Assembly (NCBI GenBank): GCA_043801155.1
Contig: JAZDMI010000021.1
Location: 194,683-258,682, forward strand
Length of the DNA: 64,000 nt
Direction: 5' to 3'
Source of the DNA: Candidatus Gottesmanbacteria bacterium
GTDB taxonomy: Bacteria; Patescibacteriota; Microgenomatia; JAMCYU01
The position numbers were made by a program, and so were the translations under genes. Of this stretch, positions 56,673-64,000 are shown one piece after another; positions within the stretch are counted from its first letter, which is position 1, and each line of letters opens with the position of its first letter. The notes under the pieces were generated by a model. That model was not told where the DNA came from and searched no databases. It saw nothing but the letters and a program-made list of their open reading frames with translations.

Positions 56673-58306
56673 AAAAGCATCTCCCTCTTTTTATTCTTCT
56701 TATACTAGCGTTTATACCAATGCTTGATTTCTTTTATCCGGGATTACCTTTAACTCATGATGGTCAAGATCACGTTGCCCGGATAGCCAGTTTTTATCAA
56801 TCGTTGGTTGAAGGAAACCTCATTCCTAGATGGGCAGGTAATCTAAATTGGGGCTATGGACATCCAATCCTAATGTTTCTTTATCCCTTGTCATCCTACA
56901 CTGCGTCTTTTTTCCATATTCTTGGCCTAGACTTAGTTAATAGTATCAAAGTAGTTTTTGTTATAAGTTTTGTTTTTTCCGGATTATCGATGTATTTGTG
57001 GATAAGTAGTCTATGGGGACGGAAAGCAGGATTAGTATCAGGATTACTTTATATGTTTGCTCCTTACCATTTTGTAGATATATACGTTAGAGGTGCTATT
57101 GGGGAGAATTTGGCTTTTGTTTGGCCACCGCTAATATGTTATTTTGCCTATACATTATCAAAAAAAGTTAAATATCGTCATTTGCTGGGCTTAGCATTAT
57201 CATTTGCCGCTTTGATTTTATCCCACAATGCTTTAAGTATAATGTTTTTTCTTCCGATAATAGGTTATATGGTATTTTTAGTAATCGAGTCAAATAATAA
57301 AAAGCTGACCGCTTTCTGCTTTCTGCTTTCTTCGATTATCGGTTTAGGATTAAGCGCATTTTTTTGGATTCCTGCTTATTTTGAAGGCAAATACACTCTT
57401 CGAGATATTGTGACCAAAAATAATATTACTGGTTTTGTTGAGAATATCCAGCGTTTAATCTGGTTTCCTTGGAGTTATGATGGAGCCGATAATATTCCAG
57501 TCCAGCTTGGTATCATGCAATGGATAATAATTTTAATTAGCCCGCTCGTAATTTGGTTTTTTAGGCGAAAGAAGATGAGTTTTTGGAAATTTTTAGTATT
57601 TCTTCTATTTATATTTTGGGTGTCAATATTTATGATCCTGCCGGTATCCCGTCCGCTCTATAACGTTTTCCCGGCATTACAAAAGCTTCAGTTTAGCTGG
57701 CGTTTTTTATCATTGGCAATATTTACTCCGGCGATATTCGTCGGTGCATTAATATATTTATTTCCAGACAGGATCGGGACACTTTTTACATCAATAATAG
57801 TTATCGGAATATTGTTATTAAATAAAAATTATTGGCATGCTCAAAGTTATCTATATCAAAATGAATCATTTTACCAAGGAATTTATAATGGAACTACGGA
57901 TACTGGTGAAAGTGCACCCCGTTGGTCGGTTCGATTTATGGAAAAACGTCCAAAATCACATATAGAAGTTATTGATGGTCAGGCGAACATTAAAGAAATT
58001 AAGAGAAATACAAATGAACATCAATATGAGATCAATACCACCACAAAAACAAGAATCCGTGAAAATACTCTCTATTTCCCAGGCTGGCAGGTACTTATAG
58101 ATAATCAACCATCAGCAATTGAATTTCAAGACGAACACAACCGGGGATTAATAACATTTTTCGTCAAACCCGGTAAACATGTAGTTACCGTAAAATTTGG
58201 AGAAACAAAATTACGTTTGGTATCTGATATTATCAGTTTCATGAGTCTACTATTTTTAATAGGGACATTTTTCTTTAAAAAAAGAATATTAAATATTTCA
58301 AAATAA
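56669..58306 (+). CDS. 'Family B' polytopic membrane protein (paralog 5)
   Basis: LTHDGQDHVARIASFYQSLVEGNLIPRWAGNLNWGYGHPILMFLYPL; FFWIPA and QFSWRF; C-terminal LYFPGWQVLIDNQPSAI...KPGKHVVTVKF. Confidence 0.55.
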   Translation: MKKHLPLFILLILAFIPMLDFFYPGLPLTHDGQDHVARIASFYQSLVEGNLIPRWAGNLNWGYGHPILMFLYPLSSYTASFFHILGLDLVNSIKVVFVISFVFSGLSMYLWISSLWGRKAGLVSGLLYMFAPYHFVDIYVRGAIGENLAFVWPPLICYFAYTLSKKVKYRHLLGLALSFAALILSHNALSIMFFLPIIGYMVFLVIESNNKKLTAFCFLLSSIIGLGLSAFFWIPAYFEGKYTLRDIVTKNNITGFVENIQRLIWFPWSYDGADNIPVQLGIMQWIIILISPLVIWFFRRKKMSFWKFLVFLLFIFWVSIFMILPVSRPLYNVFPALQKLQFSWRFLSLAIFTPAIFVGALIYLFPDRIGTLFTSIIVIGILLLNKNYWHAQSYLYQNESFYQGIYNGTTDTGESAPRWSVRFMEKRPKSHIEVIDGQANIKEIKRNTNEHQYEINTTTKTRIRENTLYFPGWQVLIDNQPSAIEFQDEHNRGLITFFVKPGKHVVTVKFGETKLRLVSDIISFMSLLFLIGTFFFKKRILNISK

Positions 58307-58310
58307 TATA

Positions 58311-58838
58311 ATGAAAAAGATTCTTATTATATTTATTTATATTTTCGTAATTTATTTATTTTCCACTACGATATATGCTCAATCGTCGTACGTTTTGCCT
58401 TATCCATCTTATATGCCAGGAAGTATTTTATATAAACCTCATCTTCTATGGGAAGAAATCTCAAGTTATTGGTATTTCGGGACCTTATCTCAATTTAAAT
58501 ATAATTTAAAACTAGCAGATAAATACTTAGTTGAAGCAAAAATCCTATTTGAGTACCAACAGTACCCATTGGCAATAAATGCACTTGAAAAGTCTGATAA
58601 ATATTTTCAAGAAGCGACCGTTAGTTTAAAATTTGCCAAACAACAAGGGAAAAATATTAATCTTAAACAAGATATATATAATCAGGCTGCACTTAAACAT
58701 ACAGAAACACTCGATGATTTGGAATCATTTTTACCGAGCAAATTTACCTGGTTACCGGAAAAAGCAGCCGCCACAATATTGAATATAAAACCAATCATTG
58801 ATAATTCTATAAAAATACGTAGAAAATCATATTTATGA
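58311..58838 (+). CDS. Small secreted protein with cleavable signal peptide, unknown function
   Basis: MKKILIIFIYIFVIYLFSTTIYAQS, then a hydrophilic 150-aa domain rich in predicted helices (LKLADKYLVEAKILFEYQQYPLAINALEKSDKYFQEA). Confidence 0.45.
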   Translation: MKKILIIFIYIFVIYLFSTTIYAQSSYVLPYPSYMPGSILYKPHLLWEEISSYWYFGTLSQFKYNLKLADKYLVEAKILFEYQQYPLAINALEKSDKYFQEATVSLKFAKQQGKNINLKQDIYNQAALKHTETLDDLESFLPSKFTWLPEKAAATILNIKPIIDNSIKIRRKSYL

Positions 58839-59959
58839 TAATAAGTTTATATTTAATAATATTATCCTTTTTAACTGTTTTTTCCTATAGATTCATCGAT
58901 GATAATTTCCCCCTAACACTTCCTCCTTATATTCATGATTTTACACATCTCGAAAGATCAATAACGACAATAATTTTTATCGTAATTTTATTCTTTATGT
59001 TCACGGGATTTACCATTTTGTGGCGTCAAGTAGTACAAAAAAGAATCTCTACGATTAAACTTAAATATTTAATTACCTTTACTGTAATAATACTGATTTT
59101 TGCATATCCAGCGTTTTCAAATGATATTTTTAATTACATGGCCACGGCCCGGGTCAGTTATTTTTATCAAGAAAATCCATATATTATGATGCCGATTGAA
59201 TTTATTGGTGAACCGATGCTTAAATTCATGCACGCGGCTAATAAGATCGCTCTTTATGGTCCAATCTGGATTGGTTTAACCTTTTTACCGTTTTTAACTG
59301 GATTGGGAAATATTATTTTAACGCTTATCTCTTTTAAGATTTTTATTACATTATTTTATGTTGGGATTATTTGCCTAATATGGAAGTTATCAAATCATAA
59401 TCTTTCCAGTTTAGTTTTTTTCAGTCTTAACCCGTTAGTATTAATCGAAACGCTAATTTCATCACACAATGATATCGTGATGATGTTTTTTGTTTTATTT
59501 AGCCTGCTGCTTATTAAAAAATATAAAGTTTTTGCTTTATTTATGTTTTTATTTTCAATACTAATAAAATATTCGACGATAACACTTATACCAATATATT
59601 TATATATTTTATGGAAAAATATAAAAAAACAAAAAATTGATTGGGAAAATATATATTTATACGCTGCTATTTTAATGTTCCTAACAATGCTAATAGTAGC
59701 TCCACTACGAGAGGAAATTTATCCCTGGTATGGGATTTGGTTTTTGACATTTCTATCATTAGTTCCAAAAATAGAACTACAATTTTTATCACTAGTATTT
59801 TCCCTTGGATTATTATTACGATATGTACCCTTTATGCTCTGGGGAACTTATTTCGGACCAACACCAGTAGCAAAAACCATCTTAATGATTACCCCAATTG
59901 GTTTAATGTTATTTCTCCATATATTTCGAAAGTTATGGTTAAAAAAATTTCTCCGCTAG
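58835..59959 (+). CDS. Polytopic membrane protein, putative GT-C glycosyltransferase ('family E' paralog 2)
   Basis: FSNDIFNYMATARVSYFYQENPY; SSHNDIVMMFFVLFSLLLIKK; YGPIWIGL. Collinear with ORF 10845-12044. Confidence 0.5.
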   Translation: MIISLYLIILSFLTVFSYRFIDDNFPLTLPPYIHDFTHLERSITTIIFIVILFFMFTGFTILWRQVVQKRISTIKLKYLITFTVIILIFAYPAFSNDIFNYMATARVSYFYQENPYIMMPIEFIGEPMLKFMHAANKIALYGPIWIGLTFLPFLTGLGNIILTLISFKIFITLFYVGIICLIWKLSNHNLSSLVFFSLNPLVLIETLISSHNDIVMMFFVLFSLLLIKKYKVFALFMFLFSILIKYSTITLIPIYLYILWKNIKKQKIDWENIYLYAAILMFLTMLIVAPLREEIYPWYGIWFLTFLSLVPKIELQFLSLVFSLGLLLRYVPFMLWGTYFGPTPVAKTILMITPIGLMLFLHIFRKLWLKKFLR

Positions 59960-61611
59960 CCATAGTAATATTTTTTACTGTGTTGGCAGGTTTAGGGTTA
60001 TTGCACTCTGGATTAATACCTACCCACGATGGTGAATATCATATTGTAAGGTTTTATGAATTTAACCAGTCATTGCAGGATGGAAATTGGTATCCTCGTT
60101 GGGCTCCAGATTTAAATTATGGTTTTGGAGTACCATTATTTAATTATGTTTACCCTTTCCCAAATTATATTGCTTCATGTATCCATACTCTTGGTTTTAG
60201 TTTTATTGATGCATTTAAGCTTAATTTATTTATGGCTACCATTGTTGGAGGAATATTTTTCTATTTATGGGCGAAAATGTTTTGGGGGGAAATCGGAGGA
60301 ATAGTTTCTTCAACTTTCTATTCATTTTCACCTTATCGCCTTGTTGATATTTATATTCGTGGTTCGGTGGGCGAAGTGTGGGCATTATCTTTTTTCCCAG
60401 CATTTTTGTGGTCAGCTACTTCTTTTTTCCAGAAAAGAAACGAATACTATCTTCTCTTATCAAGTATATTTCTTGCTTTAACAATTCTTTCTCATAATAT
60501 TTTAGCTTTAATGTTTTTCTTTTTTGATTGTTCGTATATTGTTTTCCTAATTTTTACAGTAAAAAAGAGAAGTGACTATGTATATCAATCAATTTTTTTA
60601 ATTCTGTTGGGTCTTGGTTTATCATCGATATTTTGGATTCCGGCATTAATAGAAAAGAATTTTGTTACCGGACTGGAAATTTTTGATTACCAGGCTCATT
60701 TTCCAGAAGTTTATCAATTATTAATTCCTTCATGGGGTTCTGGATTTTCCGGAGGAAATTTGGGTGAACAAATGTCATTTCAAATCGGTTTAGCCAACCT
60801 CTTTGCCGTTACTTTAGGTATCTTATGCATCATTCTATATTTTTCGCGTAAGCAGGTTTTTTTAGCTAAAACTATTATTTTTTCGTTATTATTTTTTTCA
60901 TTTATATTTTTTATGATGACCAGATTATCTATACCTATTTGGGAAAAGATATCGCTTTTGAGGTATTTTCAATTTCCTTGGCGTTTTTTAAGTATAACGA
61001 TATTGTTAACATCCTTTTTAGCTGGCGGAATTTTTCCATTATTAAGAAAAAATCAAAAACTTTTTATGGGTAGTTTTATGATTTTAGTAACATTTCTATT
61101 AGGCTACGGCTATGCTAAACCTGCTTACTATCAAAACCGAAATGATGATTATTATCTCAATAAATCAATCTTTATCGATGGAACAAATAGCCCCGGTAAT
61201 TATTTTAATACAATTTGGATTAATACCAGACCAAAAAGAGAACCTGAGAAATTAAAAATTAATAAAGGAAAAGGTTCAATTAAAATTAATTTTATTAAAT
61301 CGACTCATTATAATTTTTCTACCCATGCCGAAACCCAGATAGAAATTCTGGTTAATACAGCATTTTTTCCTGGTTGGGCAGCTTATATTGATAATAAACA
61401 ACAAGAATTATCAAAAAGTACTGCCGGTTTATTTATGTTTAATATCCCTTCAGGTGATCATCAGGTCGAAGTTAAATTTGAAAATACTTTGACTAGAAAT
61501 ATTAGCCAAATATTATCCGGCATGGCTCTTATTTATATTAGTTATCAGTTGTTATTCAATCTAAAAAGGCAAAAAAAATATGGAAACGACAAATCAACTC
61601 ATCTGATATAA
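59935..61611 (+). CDS. 'Family B' polytopic membrane protein (paralog 6)
   Basis: Start chosen at the internal ATG (MVKKISPLAIVIFF...) instead of the track ORF start 59641, which would overlap the upstream gene by more than 300 bp. IPTHDGEYHIVRFYEFNQSLQDGNWYPRWAPDLNYGFGVPLFNYVYPF; FWIPA and QFPWRF; C-terminal AFFPGWAAYIDNKQQEL...PSGDHQVEVKF. Confidence 0.55.
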   Translation: MVKKISPLAIVIFFTVLAGLGLLHSGLIPTHDGEYHIVRFYEFNQSLQDGNWYPRWAPDLNYGFGVPLFNYVYPFPNYIASCIHTLGFSFIDAFKLNLFMATIVGGIFFYLWAKMFWGEIGGIVSSTFYSFSPYRLVDIYIRGSVGEVWALSFFPAFLWSATSFFQKRNEYYLLLSSIFLALTILSHNILALMFFFFDCSYIVFLIFTVKKRSDYVYQSIFLILLGLGLSSIFWIPALIEKNFVTGLEIFDYQAHFPEVYQLLIPSWGSGFSGGNLGEQMSFQIGLANLFAVTLGILCIILYFSRKQVFLAKTIIFSLLFFSFIFFMMTRLSIPIWEKISLLRYFQFPWRFLSITILLTSFLAGGIFPLLRKNQKLFMGSFMILVTFLLGYGYAKPAYYQNRNDDYYLNKSIFIDGTNSPGNYFNTIWINTRPKREPEKLKINKGKGSIKINFIKSTHYNFSTHAETQIEILVNTAFFPGWAAYIDNKQQELSKSTAGLFMFNIPSGDHQVEVKFENTLTRNISQILSGMALIYISYQLLFNLKRQKKYGNDKSTHLI

Positions 61612-61627
61612 TCTATATATACATAGA

Positions 61628-62683
61628 ATGAATATAGCTATCGATACTACACCATTGCGAAAGGATCATTTCCTTCAGCACAGAGTACGTGGTACTGGTT
61701 TTTATATTGAGAATCTAAAAAGAGCTTTATTAAAATATTTTCCCCAAGATAAGTACATTTTTATTACTCGAGGAGAAAAAGTACCCAAAGATATTAATCT
61801 GATTCATTATCCTTATTTTGAACCGTTTTTCTTAACGTTACCATTTAAAAAGCAAACAAAAACTGTCGTCACAGTGCATGATTTGATACCATTAGTTTTT
61901 CCCGATTATTTTCCATCGGGTATTAAAGGTAAAATTAAATGGTTAATCCAAAAATACTCACTCCGACAAACAAATGAAATTATTACAGATTCGCAGTCCT
62001 CTAAAAGGGATATTATTAAATACACTGATATTAATTCTGAAAAGGTTCACGTTGTCTATCTGGCAGCTGGAGAAAACTTCCGCTCAACCAATGATAATGA
62101 AATAAAAACTGATATTATACGGAAACTTAATTTACCCAAAGATTATATTCTTTATGTGGGCGATGCGACCTGGAATAAAAATTTACCCAGGTTGGCAAAA
62201 GCGATCAAGAAAATTAACTTACCTTTAGTAATGGTTGGCCAAGCATTGGTTAATACCGACATTGATGCCAATAATCCCTGGAATCGAGACCTAATTGAGG
62301 TTAAAAATCTAATTAAGAACGAACCGCAAATTATATTAACCGGATTTGTCTCGGAAAATGATCTTATCTGCCTATATCAATCTGCTAAGGTTTTTATTAT
62401 GCCTTCGCTATATGAGGGTTTTGGTTTACCCGTGCTGGAGGCGTTAAGCTGTGGTTGTCCTGTAATAACCGCGGAAAAAGGTTCCTTAGAGGAAATTGCC
62501 GGAGATGCGCCATTCTATATAAATCCCTATAGTGAAGACGATATTGCCAATGGTATAAGTACTGTTTATTATAACGATGCACTAAGATCTGAGATGATTA
62601 ATAAGGGAATTATTCAATCGAAGAAATTTACATGGCAAAAAACTGCCGCTGCGACAATGGCTGTCTATGAAAAAACAATTTAA
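61628..62683 (+). CDS. GT4 (GT-B fold) glycosyltransferase
   Basis: MPSLYEGFGLPVLEALSCGCPVI (E-x7-E region); TVHDLIP; no TM; 351 aa. Confidence 0.7.
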   Translation: MNIAIDTTPLRKDHFLQHRVRGTGFYIENLKRALLKYFPQDKYIFITRGEKVPKDINLIHYPYFEPFFLTLPFKKQTKTVVTVHDLIPLVFPDYFPSGIKGKIKWLIQKYSLRQTNEIITDSQSSKRDIIKYTDINSEKVHVVYLAAGENFRSTNDNEIKTDIIRKLNLPKDYILYVGDATWNKNLPRLAKAIKKINLPLVMVGQALVNTDIDANNPWNRDLIEVKNLIKNEPQIILTGFVSENDLICLYQSAKVFIMPSLYEGFGLPVLEALSCGCPVITAEKGSLEEIAGDAPFYINPYSEDDIANGISTVYYNDALRSEMINKGIIQSKKFTWQKTAAATMAVYEKTI

Positions 62684-63935
62684 AGACATATTATCCCACC
62701 CCTTAATATCTGGAAGTTTGATATTTTCTGCTGGTTCGTTTTTCTTCAGCATTTTAAATTACCTATTTAATTTATTAATGGGCCGCGTTCTATCTGTTGC
62801 CGACTATGGAGTCCTTATTGCTTTAACGACGACGATTAATATTTTATCTATTTTTGCTCAATCAGTTATAACTGTTTTTACAAAATTTTCTGCTTCATTA
62901 ATTGGTCAAAATAAGGGCGGAGCGATCAGGGAGTTATTTAAAAAAGGGACTTTTTGGATCGCGATTTTTGGTTTTATTATCTCTGTTATTATTTTTATTT
63001 TACGTAGTACTATATGTCAATTCTTTCATATACAGGAAACGATATATATTGATTTTGTTATTCTGATAATATTTTTATCGTTTATGCAATCAGTCGGTTT
63101 TGGTATTCTTCAGGGACTCCTCCGCTTTGGTACTTATTCAATTATTAATATATTTATAACAATAATTAAGTTATCACTTGGGCTATTATTTGTATATTTA
63201 GGAGGTAGGACATTGGGAGCTTTAAGCGCCTATTTAATATCAGCCTTTATTGGATATATTTTGATTTTTATACCATTAAAAAAATATTTAAACCAAAAAG
63301 ATCAATTTCATTTACCATATGAGAATTTACCGAATAAACTAATTATCTATGGTATCCCTGTTTTTCTATCAAGTATTGGCGTGTCTGGCTTTATGTCGGT
63401 AGATGTTATACTGGTCAAACATTTCTATTCGGCAAACGATGCTGGATTGTATTCGGCTTTATCGTTGATGGGACGCTCAATTTTTTATTTACTTGCCCCA
63501 ATCAATTATGTACTTTTTCCGTTAGTTGCGCAAAAGAAGGAAAAAGGCGAAAATCTATCGAAAATACTGATAATGACACTGATATTGACTGGTTTACCAA
63601 CAATCTGTTTAACTATAATCTATTTTATTTTCCCTAAGCTTATTCTGACAATATTTTTTCCTGCCCCGGCATATAGTGGTCTGATTACATACTTAGGTCC
63701 CTTTTCCGTATTCATATTATTTTTTACGCTGGCTTCAATCTTGAATAATTTTTACTTATCAATTGGTAAAACCCGGGTTTTTATTTTAACAACAATTGGT
63801 TTAATAACGGAAATTATCTATATACTTTATTTCCATAACAGTTTCACTCAATTAATCACCGGATTGATTGTGACAAGTTTTTTACTTCTTTTTGGGCTTT
63901 TGTTATACTACCCATATGCAACCAGAAAAAACTAG
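62667..63935 (+). CDS. Oligosaccharide flippase (Wzx/MOP-family 'polysaccharide biosynthesis protein')
   Basis: 422 aa, about 12 TM helices; N-terminal LISGSLIFSAGSFFFSILNYLFNLLMGRVLSVADYGVLIALTT pattern typical of this family. Confidence 0.6.
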   Translation: MKKQFKDILSHPLISGSLIFSAGSFFFSILNYLFNLLMGRVLSVADYGVLIALTTTINILSIFAQSVITVFTKFSASLIGQNKGGAIRELFKKGTFWIAIFGFIISVIIFILRSTICQFFHIQETIYIDFVILIIFLSFMQSVGFGILQGLLRFGTYSIINIFITIIKLSLGLLFVYLGGRTLGALSAYLISAFIGYILIFIPLKKYLNQKDQFHLPYENLPNKLIIYGIPVFLSSIGVSGFMSVDVILVKHFYSANDAGLYSALSLMGRSIFYLLAPINYVLFPLVAQKKEKGENLSKILIMTLILTGLPTICLTIIYFIFPKLILTIFFPAPAYSGLITYLGPFSVFILFFTLASILNNFYLSIGKTRVFILTTIGLITEIIYILYFHNSFTQLITGLIVTSFLLLFGLLLYYPYATRKN

Positions 63936-64000
63936 ATTGCTTTCGATTATTATCCCCGTTTATAAAGAAGAAAAAACAATTCTCAATAACTTAAAATCTA
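63916..64000 (+). CDS. GT2 glycosyltransferase, 5' fragment (continues beyond the window)
   Basis: ATG at 63916; translation MQPEKTRLLSIIIPVYKEEKTILNNLKS shows the GT2 N-terminal strand-loop motif. Confidence 0.5.
   Translation, partial: MQPEKTRLLSIIIPVYKEEKTILNNLKS

Noticed and set aside
59641-59934. Upstream extension of the family B gene, starting at 59641 as listed in the ORF track
   Set aside because: It would overlap the preceding membrane-protein gene by more than 300 bp. The internal ATG at 59935 yields an N-terminus (M-VKK-hydrophobic helix-HDG motif) that matches the other five paralogs.
14623-61611. Possibility that the many similar large ORFs are assembly duplications or collapsed repeats
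   Set aside because: The paralogs share motifs but differ at most positions in the protein sequences, as the motif blocks quoted above show. They also have different lengths and distinct neighbouring genes, so they are ancient duplications rather than artefactual repeats.
1-64000. Searched for tRNA, rRNA, CRISPR arrays, integrase, transposase and toxin-antitoxin genes
   Set aside because: I found none. The non-coding gaps are all under 140 bp, and no ORF shows DDE, tyrosine-recombinase, HTH-regulator or nuclease signatures.

Overview
This is a low-GC (about one third G+C), very gene-dense window. It holds 50 predicted CDS, all on the + strand except one two-gene block on the - strand (39842..43009), with starts and stops that abut or overlap (many ATGA junctions). 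I found no rRNA, tRNA, CRISPR array, transposase or transcription factor.

Almost every gene relates to glycan biosynthesis.
- **5' end (1..5648):** a partial NUDIX hydrolase, then nucleotide-sugar enzymes: RmlB- and RmlD-like (dTDP-rhamnose branch), a UDP-glucose 6-dehydrogenase, an Rmd-like GDP-6-deoxyhexose reductase, and a UDP-glucuronate decarboxylase (UXS, YDEGKR motif).
- **Remaining ~58 kb:** about 11 small GT2 enzymes of the polyprenyl-phosphate-sugar-synthase type (one fused to a GtrA-like flippase domain), 2 GT4 enzymes, 2 Wzx/MOP-type flippases, an ABC-2 exporter pair, a SAM methyltransferase, two small secreted or anchored proteins, and about 25 large polytopic membrane proteins.

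The polytopic membrane proteins fall into recognisable paralog groups:
- four YfhO-family proteins (WNPY.F.G.P.LAN.Q.A..YP motif, FPGW...DG...G(D/E)H C-terminus);
- six proteins of a 'family B' (HDG..H...F.Q.L..G..PRW...G.GYP N-terminal motif) that share the YfhO-type C-terminal module;
- four 'family C' proteins (D(E/Q)G/A.D..V.R motif);
- four 'family D' proteins (DEA..GYNAYSL..TG.DE.G..P, a PMT/ArnT-like first-loop motif);
- two classical PMT/ArnT-like proteins;
- two 'family E' proteins (HDIFNY...SxHND);
- one PIG-V-like protein.

My interpretation is a very large locus of lipid-carrier-dependent extracytoplasmic glycosylation: many parallel three-component systems (GT2 polyprenyl-P-sugar synthase, flippase, GT-C transferase), plus an Arn-like ugd-uxs-GT2::GtrA-GT-C module and a TagGH-like exporter. 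The scale and the uncharacterised 'family B' hybrid GT-C proteins are the most interesting parts.

All calls rest on motif recognition by eye; no searches were run.
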